Below are positions 10,707 to 21,950 of a stretch of 64,000 bases of DNA, piece by piece (position 1 is the first letter of the stretch; each line of letters begins with the position of its first letter). Made by a program: the position numbers and the translations under genes. Source of the stretch: a virus; IMG/VR virus record IMGVR_UViG_3300020192_000009, positions 34,504 through 98,503 of that record. One strand, given 5' to 3'. Below the pieces are notes generated by a model. That model saw nothing but the letters and a program-made list of their open reading frames with translations. It ran no database searches and was not told the DNA's origin.

Positions 10707-11615
10707 ATGACCGCTGCCGAAATAGCGGACATCCTCCACCTGCATGCACTGTGGCGGCATGGGAAGGGCGAGGGATCCCGCGCAGACCTTCACGGCGTAG
10801 ATCTTCGCGGCGTAGATCTTCGCAACGCGGATCTACGCAACGCAGATTTTCGTAGCGCAGATCTACGCAACGCAGACATCAGCCGCGCAAACTTCAGCGG
10901 TGCAAATATCCGCTATGCAGACCTTCGCAATGCAAACCTCAGCTGCATCGATCTCTGCAATGCAAACCTTAGCGGCGCAAACCTCAGCGACGCCGACCTT
11001 AGCGGCGCGTATCTTATCGACGCCGACCTTAGCGCCGCAAGCCTCCGCAACACAGATCTTCGCGGCGCAAACCTCAGCAGCGCGAATTTCAGCGACGCCG
11101 ACCTTAGCGGCGCGTGTCTTATCGACGCCGATCTTAGCGGGGCAAAAACAATGATGGAATCGAAAAGCATCAATGAAATCATTGAGAGCGGTGCCATGTC
11201 GAACGAAATAAACGAATTTGTTGCCCCTCGCTCGAATCGATGGGCGGACTTCGCTTGGCCGCAATGGGTCCCACAAAACGAGCGCAAGCTAATCGCGGAG
11301 CATTACCCAACGGGCGGACCGCGCCAATGGATTGCGTTGGGCAAGCTGGAAGCTCACAGGGTGAAGCCGGAATTGCCGAGTGGTTCGACTGCGACCGCGT
11401 GGGTGTATGACGCGAGTGTCCCTGTACGGGGGCGGCTACTACACCAATGGAACAGCGTTCATGCGGTGATCGTAAATGGCAAAAGCGCCGGGATATTCAG
11501 TCACCTTGCGACAAGCAAGGGCATCGCAGCGCGTAGGCTCGAACTGCAAGACGCGCGCGCGGAAATCGATCTTGAGTTGGCGGCGTTGGACGCGGTGACG
11601 TTATGCTCAATTTAA
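10707..11615 (+). CDS. Pentapeptide-repeat protein fused to an unknown C-terminal domain
   Basis: About 24 A(D/N)LxG/N pentapeptides following the typical 'LHALW..G..G.RADL' lead-in. Confidence 0.9.
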   Translation: MTAAEIADILHLHALWRHGKGEGSRADLHGVDLRGVDLRNADLRNADFRSADLRNADISRANFSGANIRYADLRNANLSCIDLCNANLSGANLSDADLSGAYLIDADLSAASLRNTDLRGANLSSANFSDADLSGACLIDADLSGAKTMMESKSINEIIESGAMSNEINEFVAPRSNRWADFAWPQWVPQNERKLIAEHYPTGGPRQWIALGKLEAHRVKPELPSGSTATAWVYDASVPVRGRLLHQWNSVHAVIVNGKSAGIFSHLATSKGIAARRLELQDARAEIDLELAALDAVTLCSI

Positions 11616-12379
11616 TAATCAACTACGGAGGCGGTGTTAACAGTCTCGCTATCCTGTGCGGTCTGTACGAACGAGGTATCAAGCCCGCGATCATCGTGTT
11701 CGCCGACACGGGCGGAGAAAAGCCAGAGACTTACGAGAGCATTTCACGTGTTGATGAATGGCTGGCATCTATAGACTGGCCACCCGTTACCCGTGTGACA
11801 AACGCGGGCCGCACCATCAAACGGCGCGATGGCACAACCGTTGTGTATTCGTCGCTCGAAGACGAATGCTTAAAGACTGAGACGCTACCCTCGCGCGCGT
11901 ATGGTTTTGGCCGGTGCGCGGATCACTGGAAGCGTCGCCCCATTGAACGATACTTGCGCAAAGCAGTCACAGGCGAATACACGCAAGCCATTGGCTACGA
12001 TGCGGGGGAAACTGCGCGCGTGAAACACGCGTCAAATCCACGTTCAACACTGTGGTTCCCGCTGATTGATTGGGGTTGGGATCGGGCCGCGTGCTCCGCA
12101 GCCATTGAGCGCCAGGGGTTAAGTATACCTGCTAAATCGGCGTGCTTTTTTTGCCCGTCGTCGAAGAAATCGGAAATACTGGCGTTACCTCTGGACTTGC
12201 GAAAACGTTCGCTAGCAATCGAAGACACGGCCCGCCCCGGTTTCGGCCCTACACTGCACGGCCTGGGACGCCGATTCTCTTGGTCCACGTTTTTGCAGGC
12301 AGACAAGCAGCAACAAGATGCTGCACCTGAATCAATTGTAGAAAGTTGTCTAATGTGCACTGACAGCGAGGATACTTAG
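11603..12379 (+). CDS. PAPS reductase-family (PP-loop) protein
   Basis: NYGGGVNS, FADTGGE, IGYDAGE, FPLIDW, KSACFFCP. Confidence 0.8.
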   Translation: MLNLIINYGGGVNSLAILCGLYERGIKPAIIVFADTGGEKPETYESISRVDEWLASIDWPPVTRVTNAGRTIKRRDGTTVVYSSLEDECLKTETLPSRAYGFGRCADHWKRRPIERYLRKAVTGEYTQAIGYDAGETARVKHASNPRSTLWFPLIDWGWDRAACSAAIERQGLSIPAKSACFFCPSSKKSEILALPLDLRKRSLAIEDTARPGFGPTLHGLGRRFSWSTFLQADKQQQDAAPESIVESCLMCTDSEDT

Positions 12380-12602
12380 TTATGATCGACCGAACCAGCA
12401 ATCGTTCGCGGGACTGGGACATGCAAAAGCGCCAGTGTCGCGACAGGTGGCCAGGGGATCGCGTGTTCACTAGACGCGGTGTTGGCGGCTACGACCCATC
12501 CGTTGGTGGGTATGTAGTTCCACACTTTTTTTCAAGGGTGCCACGCGGCGGCGCAAACTTGAAGGCTTACAAAAACCGAAAGAACATAGGAACCTAAGAG
12601 CC

Positions 12603-12929
12603 ATGGACACTGCAACCACTAAAAAAGTTGAATACGAAACGCAGCTATTTATAGAAAGCTTCATGGTGCAAATCCGCCGCCGTATGGAAGAGGCAGGTTT
12701 CAGCACCGTACAAGTTGCTCGACGCATCGGCTGGACACCTGATTTATTGCTTAGCGTTTTAGAAGGCGATGAGCGCAATCTGACATTGCGTGACTTGGCG
12801 GATCTCGCTTATGCTGTCAACGCGCGTTGTAACGTCAATTTGTTGCGTGCTGCGATGGCACCGCAAACGGCTTTAGTGGCAGAAACAGGCAATGCTGCGA
12901 GCGGCGTCCCACAACGCAAACGTAAGTAG
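12603..12929 (+). CDS. XRE/HTH transcriptional regulator
   Basis: IRRRMEEAGFSTVQVARRIGWT...NLTLRDLADLAYA. Confidence 0.75.
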   Translation: MDTATTKKVEYETQLFIESFMVQIRRRMEEAGFSTVQVARRIGWTPDLLLSVLEGDERNLTLRDLADLAYAVNARCNVNLLRAAMAPQTALVAETGNAASGVPQRKRK

Positions 12930-12966
12930 ATATTTCTGTCACTGCCACGAACTGCCACAAACTGTT

Positions 12967-13191
12967 ATGAACCACCAACAAGCAGACCTTGATACGCTCT
13001 TGAATGATCCCGTGTTCGCAGCGCGCTTTGCGCAGCTTGAACGCGATTTGTGCGGGCCCCGCAAACCCAGCGCAGCGAACAAGCCCAACAATAAAACATG
13101 CGCCAAATGCTTACGCGTAAATCGTATTCCACACATTGCCCCTGTAGGCGCGCAGCCTCGTTGTGGTGCATGCAAAGCTCCCTTGCTGTAA
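12967..13191 (+). CDS. Small Zn-ribbon protein resembling the TrxC N-terminal Zn domain
   Basis: CAKCLRVNRIP...PRCGACKAPL. Confidence 0.6.
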   Translation: MNHQQADLDTLLNDPVFAARFAQLERDLCGPRKPSAANKPNNKTCAKCLRVNRIPHIAPVGAQPRCGACKAPLL

Positions 13192-13194
13192 GGC

Positions 13195-15007
13195 TTGTCA
13201 ATGTTCCAATACCAAGTACCCAGCGGCACCACAAACCGCAATTACATGACAGCCGCACGCGCATACGTGAAAGCGCGTGGCATACAAGTACTGCTGCTAT
13301 TGTCTACCGGCGTGCTGCTTTATGGCATCACAGCCCTGTGGCCCGCCACAAGTTTCTTGTGCCTTGTGATCATGGTTTATCTATTGTACGGCGAAGGGCC
13401 ACCACGTTGTGTGCTGTGGGTACAGCGTTTCTGGCCTGTGCGTCCAGTAGACACACGCTTGCGCATCGTTCACCAAAACAGCACATGCACTATAAGCAGC
13501 TTTCGCGAAGGCACAGCCTCAAATTGCCTCGTAGTCGCGCTACGATCTGAAAGACAAACCAACATGGGAGACTCTATTGTAGTGTTTCACCGCGATAGCG
13601 AATCCCTTGCCGATCTTAAAGAGTTTGAAAATGTTTTGCGCAGCTGGCGCACAACTGGAACTTTGAAACCCTAGAACACTTCACTTCACTTCACTCAAGG
13701 AGCACTACGTTGACCGTTACAATCACTATCGAAGCGCGTGCTGCAAAACTCTACGCAGCCTTGAAAACTCGCATGAAACGCCTGAGCCTTGGTGACCAAA
13801 TGAAATTGGCAACCGTTGAAAGTTTCGACAAACTGCCAACGACACTCAAGACTGCATTAACTGAAGCGCTTGCGGAATCGGATACTGTCTAATGCCCCTA
13901 GAGATAGACTCAACAGCAGCGTTATTACAAGCTTTGCGGGTGGGGCGCATATCTGTTGCCAAAGACGACTTGCAGTGCGCAATCAACACACACAGCACTA
14001 CAAACTATGCCGGTGACAAGGTTGCGATTCTGGAAATCGCAATGAACGATAACCAACAGGGCTCAAGCAGTCTGCGCACCGATCTACGAAACGGCGTATT
14101 GCTATTTGAAAGTTTGAACATGCTGTTTGGGGGCAAAATCCCTGTTGACAACAGCCGCAGCGCCGCCGTGCTCCCTAGCTATCCAATGCCAATATTGCTT
14201 CGCCAAGCAGAAGCACGTGCGCAGCAAGACGTGGCATTGCAGGCGCAACAGATGGCGTGGACGGTAACGCCTGATTGCCTAAAATTGATTTGCGACGAGC
14301 ACCACTGCGCGAGTGTTATACCTTTTGAAGCTGAATTGTTCGCATGGTTTGTGTACGCCTATGCGTATGTTGAAAACCCAAAACTACTCCACCAAAAAGG
14401 CATTTGCCTTACACAAACACAAGCCATTCTAGAAGCCTCTAAATACGCTGTTGAGTATCGGCTTGAAATTCTCGAAACCACACGTATTGCGCTTGAAAAA
14501 CTCGCAGCAGCCACAACACTCGTAAAACCAAAAAGGTAAATTTATGCCAACGTTCCACTTCACATTCAGAGGCATGACCCTCGCGCGATACATAGTCGCC
14601 GACCTGGAACAATACGTAAGCACCGGAAAGCCGCAAGGCGCATTCATACATGCAGTGCTTTGCAACGATCTGAAAGCCGCGTGCGACCGCGCCGACGACA
14701 ACAACATGCAAATCCTGCCCGCGTATGTTGCGTATTTATATAACAAGTGCCCTCTCGCGTGTTGGGGATCACCTGCAGCGGTAGACGCTTGGATGGCCGC
14801 TGGTGGGCTGACGGGCTTGCAAGCGGCAGCGCCGACAGAGCCCGCATGAAAATCGTTGCGATAGCCCCGACAGAAACAACCCCCTTTTGGGTGCCGCTAC
14901 TCACGGTTGGCCTTGTGGTTGCGATTGCGTTCTTGCTTTTTGCAGGCCTTGACTACATCCGCAAGCAACGTGATGCGCGCGGCCCGGACGACAGCGACGA
15001 ATTGTAA
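13195..15007 (+). other. Small hypothetical genes (13195-13674, 13710-13892, 13892-14539, 14544-14849, ~14846-15007)
   Basis: Contiguous + strand ORFs with RBSs; two have hydrophobic segments. Confidence 0.55.
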
Positions 15008-15012
15008 CCGGG

Positions 15013-15504
15013 CTACGCACCCTGCCAAGTGATCAACGTATCAGTTTCACGTGTATCAAGATGCGCCCAACGCGGGTACGTCCCGAAACCACCAAGCATC
15101 GGCAATTTGCCTTGCGCATACAATTGCCCGATCACTGCAATAAACTGCCGCATTGTCGCATAATCGGCAAGTGTCCAGCGACTGACCTTAGCTGGCAAGC
15201 TTGCCGGGCAGATATCAAGCGCCCGCCCTTCCATGTGCTGTGACTTCCGCGCAACGCCGCTTTCACGTTCGGCTTGTGCCGGTGTGCGCCCCGCTGCAAT
15301 CAAGCGTCGGACCGAATCGGCGCGTCGCTGCGCGTTGTATGCGGGATCGCGGTAAGCGGAAACCACACGTATTGCTGCGCCATGCGCCTCGCGTACGATG
15401 TTGAAACCGTTGCGCAACGGGGGCAAGCGAGTCTCCCGCCATTCAAGGGGATACACCACACCGCTTTGACACGCGAGTTCAACGTCAGCGAGATAGTTTT
15501 GCAC
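15013..15504 (-). CDS. Peptidase M15A-family Zn peptidase (probable endolysin)
   Basis: SAYR.P.YN, SQHMEGRALD, WAHLDTR. Confidence 0.85.
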   Translation of the reverse strand: MQNYLADVELACQSGVVYPLEWRETRLPPLRNGFNIVREAHGAAIRVVSAYRDPAYNAQRRADSVRRLIAAGRTPAQAERESGVARKSQHMEGRALDICPASLPAKVSRWTLADYATMRQFIAVIGQLYAQGKLPMLGGFGTYPRWAHLDTRETDTLITWQGA

Positions 15505-15510
15505 TTTGTC

Positions 15511-15960
15511 TTATGTCCGAATCAGGGCGCGACCCGCAAGCGGTACGGCAAGCAGTACACCTAAGCTGACCACGCCTGGCAAGGTTTTGTTGGTAGGCCA
15601 CAATTGCCGTGTCGCCACGCCTACGGCGCCTGCAATGGCGGTTTTGACAACAGTGTATCCAAAAAGCGCTGCAAGACTGGGTGCCGCGCAATCTGGGGTC
15701 CGCGTGCCTGCGCGCTGTGCAAGCAACGAAGGGTAGATGCCGCCAATGGCACCCACACCCGCGCCTACGATTGCGCCCACTGTGGCTCTGCTAGGCGCAA
15801 ACGCTTTGCTGGCCACAAAGCCCACACCGGCACCCCCGGCAACAAACGCAAGCTGCGCAAGGCCGCCCATCAAATCGCCTGCAAGCACACCACCATAAGT
15901 TGGTCGCGTGCAAGAAGGTAAAGATCCGTCCCCAAGTCTGCGGCGTTTGGCCATTCCCAA
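15511..15960 (-). CDS. Multi-pass membrane protein (holin or virion-membrane candidate)
   Basis: Several Gly/Ala-rich hydrophobic segments; basic N-terminus; adjacent to the peptidase. Confidence 0.5.
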   Translation of the reverse strand: MGMAKRRRLGDGSLPSCTRPTYGGVLAGDLMGGLAQLAFVAGGAGVGFVASKAFAPSRATVGAIVGAGVGAIGGIYPSLLAQRAGTRTPDCAAPSLAALFGYTVVKTAIAGAVGVATRQLWPTNKTLPGVVSLGVLLAVPLAGRALIRT

Positions 15961-16017
15961 AGCTTGCGCGTATGCTGCGTTTTCGTCAAATTCAGCGTTT
16001 CGGTCTACACTCGAAGT

Positions 16018-16461
16018 ATGGGCAATACCCTAGACGATTTGACAAACCCTGGCGCTATTCCGCAGCGCCACAACACCGGGGCGTATTCAAGTCCGTACGC
16101 CATTGCAGTACAAGCACCACAGCAAGGCTACTTGCCCTATAACGCCGGAAATGGTGGGAACGGCAACAATAACAGCCCGTCAATCATGCAAACTTGGCAG
16201 GTAATCACAGCTGCCATCGCCATGGGCGCAACGCTTGTTGCCGGAGGCTGGTTTGTGGCTGCTCGCGTCTTTGTCACCCAAGATGTCTACAGCACACACA
16301 GAACTGAGCAGGTCGAAATCAACACAAGCCTAAAAAGCACAGCAGCACAGAACATTGCGACAGCAAACAGGCTCGAAACCTTGGTCGAAAAGCTAAACAA
16401 CAAACTAGACACTTTGTTGAACGCCAAACTAGACGAACACAACGAACGGCGACGGCGCTAA
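16018..16461 (+). CDS. Single-TM coiled-coil protein
   Basis: TM segment WQVITAAIAMGATLVAGGWF followed by heptad repeats. Confidence 0.55.
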   Translation: MGNTLDDLTNPGAIPQRHNTGAYSSPYAIAVQAPQQGYLPYNAGNGGNGNNNSPSIMQTWQVITAAIAMGATLVAGGWFVAARVFVTQDVYSTHRTEQVEINTSLKSTAAQNIATANRLETLVEKLNNKLDTLLNAKLDEHNERRRR

Positions 16462-16971
16462 GGCTGCAAAAGTTTCGGTAACGCTGCAAGTGCCTCGGGA
16501 TCCTTGTTGAGCATCCGCCGGTTAAACCAGCCCGTGAAACTTGCCAACCGCACCCCGTGTAAGTTTTCCAGCACGAAGCAGTTGAACACTTGGCAATCGA
16601 CCGCGCGGGTATTGAACTTAGCGGCTGTTTGCGTGATTTCCACCAGCAGCGTTTGAATCCGCCTGGCGTCTGCGGGATCCACGAGGGCCCCAAACGGCGT
16701 CTTAAGCAACCGCAAGGTTCGCGTAATTGACCGCGAATACTTAGAGGCTATGGCATTCGCCCGCTTGCGCGCATCAGATACGCTTTGGTGCATGGTGACT
16801 TGCGCATCGGTCGCACTTTGCGCCACACGAACGGCCTTGGATGTCATGCCGCCTTCGATATGCACGGTGCCCGTGAGAACGAGCAAAGGCCGAAAATTCG
16901 TGATGAACTTGAACGCCACTGTGTCAGGCGCAGCGGGCAAAATAGACGGCGATTCAGATTGCAAAGTCACG
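16458..16971 (-). CDS. Hypothetical protein
   Basis: ORF filling the gap, divergent from the dam-like gene; start uncertain. Confidence 0.5.
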
Positions 16972-16995
16972 GTGCTAATTATATAACACATTTCC

Positions 16996-17895
16996 GTGAC
17001 ACCTGCCACCCAAGCGCGCACCCGCCCGACTACGCAGCCAACAGGGGCATTTTTGCGCTGGGTCGGCGGTAAACGCAAGCTTGTGCCACAGCTATTGGCC
17101 CGCGTGCCTGCCCACACGCATTACATTGAGCCGTTTCTGGGCGCAGGCAGTCTGTTTTTTGCGCTAAGCCAAAAAGCGCAAAAAGCGCCCATACCCGCAC
17201 TTATCGCCGATTTGAATTGGGAGCTAATCGAAACGTACCAGGCCCTAGGGAGCCAAACCGAAGCCGTGATCCGGACACTGCAAGCCTGTGTGGCGCGGTT
17301 ACGCGATGCCGATTGCACCGTGCCGGTGTTCTACGAAGAGATGCGCAGCATGACGCCTCAGGGCCTGCCCCCCGCAGCGATTGCCGCCCGCTTCGTCGTC
17401 CTGAACAAATTGTGTTTCAACGGCATTTACCGTGTGAACAAGAAAGGGACCTTCAATGTCCCTTTGGGTAAATTCACTACATTTCCCAACTTGTGCGATG
17501 TCGTGCAATTGCGGCACACAGCAAACGTACTGCAAACTTCACGTGCCGAGATTTTGCACCAATCATTTGAAGAGTCGCTAGAAGCTGCAGATCGCGGTAG
17601 TTTTGTGTATTGCGACCCGCCTTACGCGCCTGTGAGCGCCACCGCGGACTTTACGAGTTACACCAAAGAAGCCTTCGACGACGCCGCGCAAACACGGCTA
17701 CGCGATTGTTTGGTAAAGGCCCGCGAACGGGGTGCGCATGTCTTGGTGTCCAACTCGAACGCACCGCTGATTCACAAACTGTACGACACAACCTCATGGC
17801 GCATTGAGAAAATTCAAGTCGGACGCGCGGTCAACAGTGATATAAGCAAGCGGCAACCCGTGACAGAGCTACTCATTGCAGGAGATCCCAGCTAA
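16996..17895 (+). CDS. dam: Dam-family (D12) DNA adenine methyltransferase
   Basis: FLRWVGGK, YIEPFLGAGS, FNGIYRVNKKGTFNVP, YCDPPY. Confidence 0.9.
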   Translation: MTPATQARTRPTTQPTGAFLRWVGGKRKLVPQLLARVPAHTHYIEPFLGAGSLFFALSQKAQKAPIPALIADLNWELIETYQALGSQTEAVIRTLQACVARLRDADCTVPVFYEEMRSMTPQGLPPAAIAARFVVLNKLCFNGIYRVNKKGTFNVPLGKFTTFPNLCDVVQLRHTANVLQTSRAEILHQSFEESLEAADRGSFVYCDPPYAPVSATADFTSYTKEAFDDAAQTRLRDCLVKARERGAHVLVSNSNAPLIHKLYDTTSWRIEKIQVGRAVNSDISKRQPVTELLIAGDPS

Positions 17896-18917
17896 ATGCG
17901 TTTTTTGAAAACTTGGATCGCATTTGTTGTATTTGCACTTGCAGTTGGCTTCTGCATCGCTGAAATTGAAAACTTGTTGGGCCAATAACTCGGAAAAACG
18001 GAAACGAAACATGACAACCTTGATCGAACAGACACCTGAGTGGGCAGCCGTACGCGAGGCCGAAACGCAAAGCATTGTGACACGCTCGAAACTCGAAGCG
18101 CTTTTGCATGCAACGCGGCCCTTGTGCGAAATTGAGAAAGCGGCGCAATTGTACGCCGCTGCACATGTCACCGCGCAAGCTTGTCATGAAGCGCTCGTAC
18201 GCAAGACGCAAGAGCTTGCACCTACCGCGCCGAGCGACACACGGATGGAAGGCGCGCTTGATCGGTTGCTTGAATTAGTCACAAACCAACACACACGCGC
18301 AACCCGCTTTGAAACACACATCGAAACGCTTTTGACCGAGTTACGCCAAAACGTAGCGGAGTTGCAAGCGCGAACGCAAGCCACCGAAGACACAAAACGC
18401 ATACCCGCGTTAAAAGCGTAACGCAGCTACAACCTTATGAAAAAGGCACAACGCAAGCGCATCAAAGCGAAACAACGTTCGCACCAAAAGGCGCGCACGA
18501 AAATAAAACGCATTGAAAACATCCGTGCGGCGTTGTGTCGTTTTACAGAGCCACCTGCAGCAGAATGGACGTTTGTTAAAAGACCACAAATCGACGAGTC
18601 CCCTGGGCTGCAGGCAGGCGATACGTGGGTTTCTGGCGGGAATCGCTGTGTGTGCATGGCTGATGGCACCATCAAACGTGCACCGATCTCTGAAGTGTAA
18701 GGAACACGCATGTCGCATTTGTGCGTACAACAGCGTAAGCAGCGCCGTACTGCGGCCCGCAAACGCGCACGATTGCAACACACACTGCAAGCGCTGCGAG
18801 AGCCCTACGTTGCCGCGAAGCTTTCAGGCGTTGCAGGCTTTTGGTTCCCGCCGCCCGCCCTCCGCATCATCGCAATTGCCACTAACGACCCGATCAGCGT
18901 CCAAGCTGCGATAGCTG

Positions 18918-19220
18918 CTATCCGAGCGCTTCCGTCAGAACCTTGTCAAGCCGAGCCGCCGTCACACTGCCCTCAAGCTTCTTTACGCGACCCTCGCGGT
19001 TCACAATAACCGTCGTGGGTGTTGCTTGGATCTTGAAGTGATCCGCAGCTTTCTGCGTCTCGTGGTCGAAACGGCGTGAAACATCCGGTGCGAATACACG
19101 AACACCGCAACGTTTGTATTTCGCAGTAGCTTGCAAAAAACGCGGCATGAATTCGTGACAGGCCGGACAATGGGCCTGCACGAATGTAATGACGAACGGT
19201 GGTTTCATGGAAGGCGACAT
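18918..19220 (-). CDS. Thioredoxin-fold protein
   Basis: HCPAC active site; cis-Pro motif IQATPT. Confidence 0.8.
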   Translation of the reverse strand: MSPSMKPPFVITFVQAHCPACHEFMPRFLQATAKYKRCGVRVFAPDVSRRFDHETQKAADHFKIQATPTTVIVNREGRVKKLEGSVTAARLDKVLTEALG

Positions 19221-19248
19221 GCGCCTAAGACTAACGCAGGCAACAAGC

Positions 19249-21246
19249 CTACGTCAATGTAGTCCTGTAGGTAGTGCCTCCCATACGAACGCACATGCTG
19301 CGCACGCCAGCGATGTTGGTGGCCCAAACGTCACCGTCAATAACACCAGCGGGATCGGCCCCAAGAATCGGGGTGTTAGCGAGTGACCCAGCCGTCAATT
19401 TTTTAAGTGGACCGCCATTTGCTTCAGCTACCAGAATGTTGCCGTTCGTATCGGCAAACCCTTCGGCGACAACCTCAGCCCATGTCTTGACCGCAACACC
19501 TACCGGTTTAACATCGCCCAAAGTTCCCGTGACAGTATTACCGCTGCCAAACCGAATTGTGGAACCAACGGCAAGCGTAGCGTCTACGCCATAGCCGACG
19601 TTGCCTGTAGAGCCGATGATGTTCTTAAGCATCACAATGCAAGTGCCCTGCAATTGAATTGCGCCTGGACTCGCGGCATTGTTAATCTCTACCCCATCAA
19701 GCTGCCCCATGTATTGGCGCAAGATAAGCGTTGAACCGAAATAGACTTTTGGAAAGCTTGTTACACTTGTGCCAGGTCCGATTTGCTGTGCGCTTGAAGC
19801 CGCTGCTATACCGGCCACTACAGGAGGGAGAATAGACCCGCCAGCAATAATAGCCGCGCCGAAAAATGCCCCAAGAAATTGATACTGAATTTTTTCAGGT
19901 GTAGTTATCAGCAGACCCTTGACAATAGCCACGATAACGCCGTCGCCTTTGACCGCGCAAGTGAGGTTAGCTTCACAAGTTATCCCGACCCTGGACGCGA
20001 TTGTAACTGCTCCTTCATCAGCATATGACAACGCAAAAGCCTTACCCAATAACAGCGAGATACTAGCGGCGAATTCAAGTGTATTTAGATTTGTAGGTTG
20101 CTGGTTCGTAACTATGTTGCCCACAGACCGATAACGAAATCCCGCAAGCAAAACCGTACGAACAAAATTCCCCGCTGCGCTTAGTCCAATAAGCGTTTGG
20201 GATCCGTCTCCAATGTAACCGTCAAACTCAATGGAAGGCGCGCGTATGGTGAACGTGTCTCCTGCTACTGGAACGATAGAAGGCGAAACGTTAGTAACCT
20301 CAAACACCGTTGCACTTATAATCCGCTGGATTTGCCACCCTTGAGTGCGCAGCAACGTAGTTACATTACCAGCCCATTGAACCTTTTTACCCGCAAGTGT
20401 GGTCCCCGTGGTCAACGCCCCCGCAGCGATTGTCACGCGTAAAAGTGCTGCATCGTAGCTCTGGACGGTAAACGAATTGTCACCGTTTGGTCCATTAAAT
20501 ATTGTGTAACAAGCAAAATCCACTTTGTCGTTTGCGTTGTTTGTGAAGTCCGACGCACGAACCCATATAGACTTGTAGCCTGTAATGCCTGCAAGCGTTT
20601 GAACATCAATTGTTCCCGCTGGATTGTTGTATGTGGTTAGTGCGCTGTAGCCTCTGACAAGGATACACATACTGCGTCCAAGTCCATTGCCAGGAATTGC
20701 GCCTGAAAGGCCAAGCCAGGTTTTTTTCGCGACCGCTTCAAGCGCAGTTGATACGAAAATTGTATTTGGCGCGGCGTCGATGTACCCGACATTTGCATCG
20801 TTGCCGTTTACGGCATCAACTGCGTAGTACCTAACAATATTCAAAGGCCATGTTGCCTGCCCTGCGCGTTGCACACCCGCCTCTTGCACACTGGCGAGCA
20901 CGATTGAACGTGCGGTGTATGCGCCAGCATTTGCAACCGTGCCAACAAGAACTCCCGATGCGGGATCCGTTGTTGCGCTACCCGCTGTACCGGATAAGTA
21001 CAAAGGCGCCCCAGGCAACAACGTTGCAGACAAACCCGCAACGCACAAAACATCTGCTTGTCCGCTGGTGGCAATGTTTACGCGAGAACCCGCAGCTGCA
21101 GCACTACCATTATTTTGAACAACGCCTAGCATTGCGGTTGTCGCAAGCGCAACTGTGCCCGCAGCCACAAGCTGTACAATGCTGCCATCAACGGCTGTAG
21201 CTGCGAGCCGGGCAGTTGTGATCAAATTCAATGCAGAGTTAGACAT
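19249..21246 (-). CDS. Putative spike/fibre (receptor-binding) protein, paralog 1
   Basis: G/T/A-rich beta structure; shares its N-domain, WPL..RYYAVD motif and C-terminal GD.W...G.R..CVR with 21951-23984. Confidence 0.6.
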   Translation of the reverse strand: MSNSALNLITTARLAATAVDGSIVQLVAAGTVALATTAMLGVVQNNGSAAAAGSRVNIATSGQADVLCVAGLSATLLPGAPLYLSGTAGSATTDPASGVLVGTVANAGAYTARSIVLASVQEAGVQRAGQATWPLNIVRYYAVDAVNGNDANVGYIDAAPNTIFVSTALEAVAKKTWLGLSGAIPGNGLGRSMCILVRGYSALTTYNNPAGTIDVQTLAGITGYKSIWVRASDFTNNANDKVDFACYTIFNGPNGDNSFTVQSYDAALLRVTIAAGALTTGTTLAGKKVQWAGNVTTLLRTQGWQIQRIISATVFEVTNVSPSIVPVAGDTFTIRAPSIEFDGYIGDGSQTLIGLSAAGNFVRTVLLAGFRYRSVGNIVTNQQPTNLNTLEFAASISLLLGKAFALSYADEGAVTIASRVGITCEANLTCAVKGDGVIVAIVKGLLITTPEKIQYQFLGAFFGAAIIAGGSILPPVVAGIAAASSAQQIGPGTSVTSFPKVYFGSTLILRQYMGQLDGVEINNAASPGAIQLQGTCIVMLKNIIGSTGNVGYGVDATLAVGSTIRFGSGNTVTGTLGDVKPVGVAVKTWAEVVAEGFADTNGNILVAEANGGPLKKLTAGSLANTPILGADPAGVIDGDVWATNIAGVRSMCVRMGGTTYRTTLT

Positions 21247-21306
21247 GCGTTTGTTGCCTTAAGTAAGAAGCGTTCGTGCAATTGCAGCTGTAATGTACAG
21301 ATCGCT

Positions 21307-21615
21307 TTACACTCGACACTTTTTACGCAACTTCCGCGTTACCGCTTCCGCGTTACGATCCACGCGGGCATACAATGGCTCCCAATAATCGCTACGAGCA
21401 GCCGAAGGGCCAAGCGCCGCCAAACTTGTGGCAGCCTTACCGTTTGCGTACACAGCATCAAGCAAATTATCAAATGCAGCTTTGCATGTTGCAGCTTCAC
21501 TTGCAGCCGTTATGTCACGTTCTACAGCTTTCAACGCCTTGGACAATGCTACAAAGTGAGAGTCTTGGGAGCCGCCGAGACGGCTTACTTTTCGTTTTCG
21601 TTTTTTCGTTGCCAT
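21307..21615 (-). CDS. Small basic protein, paralog of 21632-21937
   Basis: MATKKRKRKVSRLGGSQ...KKCRV. Confidence 0.7.
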   Translation of the reverse strand: MATKKRKRKVSRLGGSQDSHFVALSKALKAVERDITAASEAATCKAAFDNLLDAVYANGKAATSLAALGPSAARSDYWEPLYARVDRNAEAVTRKLRKKCRV

Positions 21616-21631
21616 GTGAGAAAATTCCTTT

Positions 21632-21937
21632 TTAATACACTCGACACTTTATGAGCGCTGCCTTCGTTATTGCAGCCAGTTCACGGTTCACACTGCGATT
21701 TTCATCCCGCCAACGGTTACGGGCGGCAAGATTAAGCGAAGTCAAACTTGCAGATACGCGACCTTTCACAAAAGCAGCGTGAAGCAAATGATCAATTACG
21801 TCTTTGCATGTTGAAGCCTTACTTGCATCTACTACAGCACGTCGTTCAGCAGCAAATGCCAAGAGCAAGTCTTTGGCGTGCAAAGCTTGGGAGCCGCCTA
21901 GAGAGCTTACTTTTCGTTTTCGTTTTTTCGTTGCCAT
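21632..21937 (-). CDS. Small basic protein, paralog of 21307-21615
   Basis: MATKKRKRKVSSLGGSQ...KCRVY; duplicated 5' DNA. Confidence 0.7.
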   Translation of the reverse strand: MATKKRKRKVSSLGGSQALHAKDLLLAFAAERRAVVDASKASTCKDVIDHLLHAAFVKGRVSASLTSLNLAARNRWRDENRSVNRELAAITKAALIKCRVY

Positions 21938-21950
21938 GTGAGAAAATTCC

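Noticed and set aside
10780-11145. 15-bp periodic DNA repeats as another array
   Set aside because: Fully explained by pentapeptide-repeat coding
13676-13697. (CACTT)3 upstream of an RBS
   Set aside because: Short simple repeat with no further support
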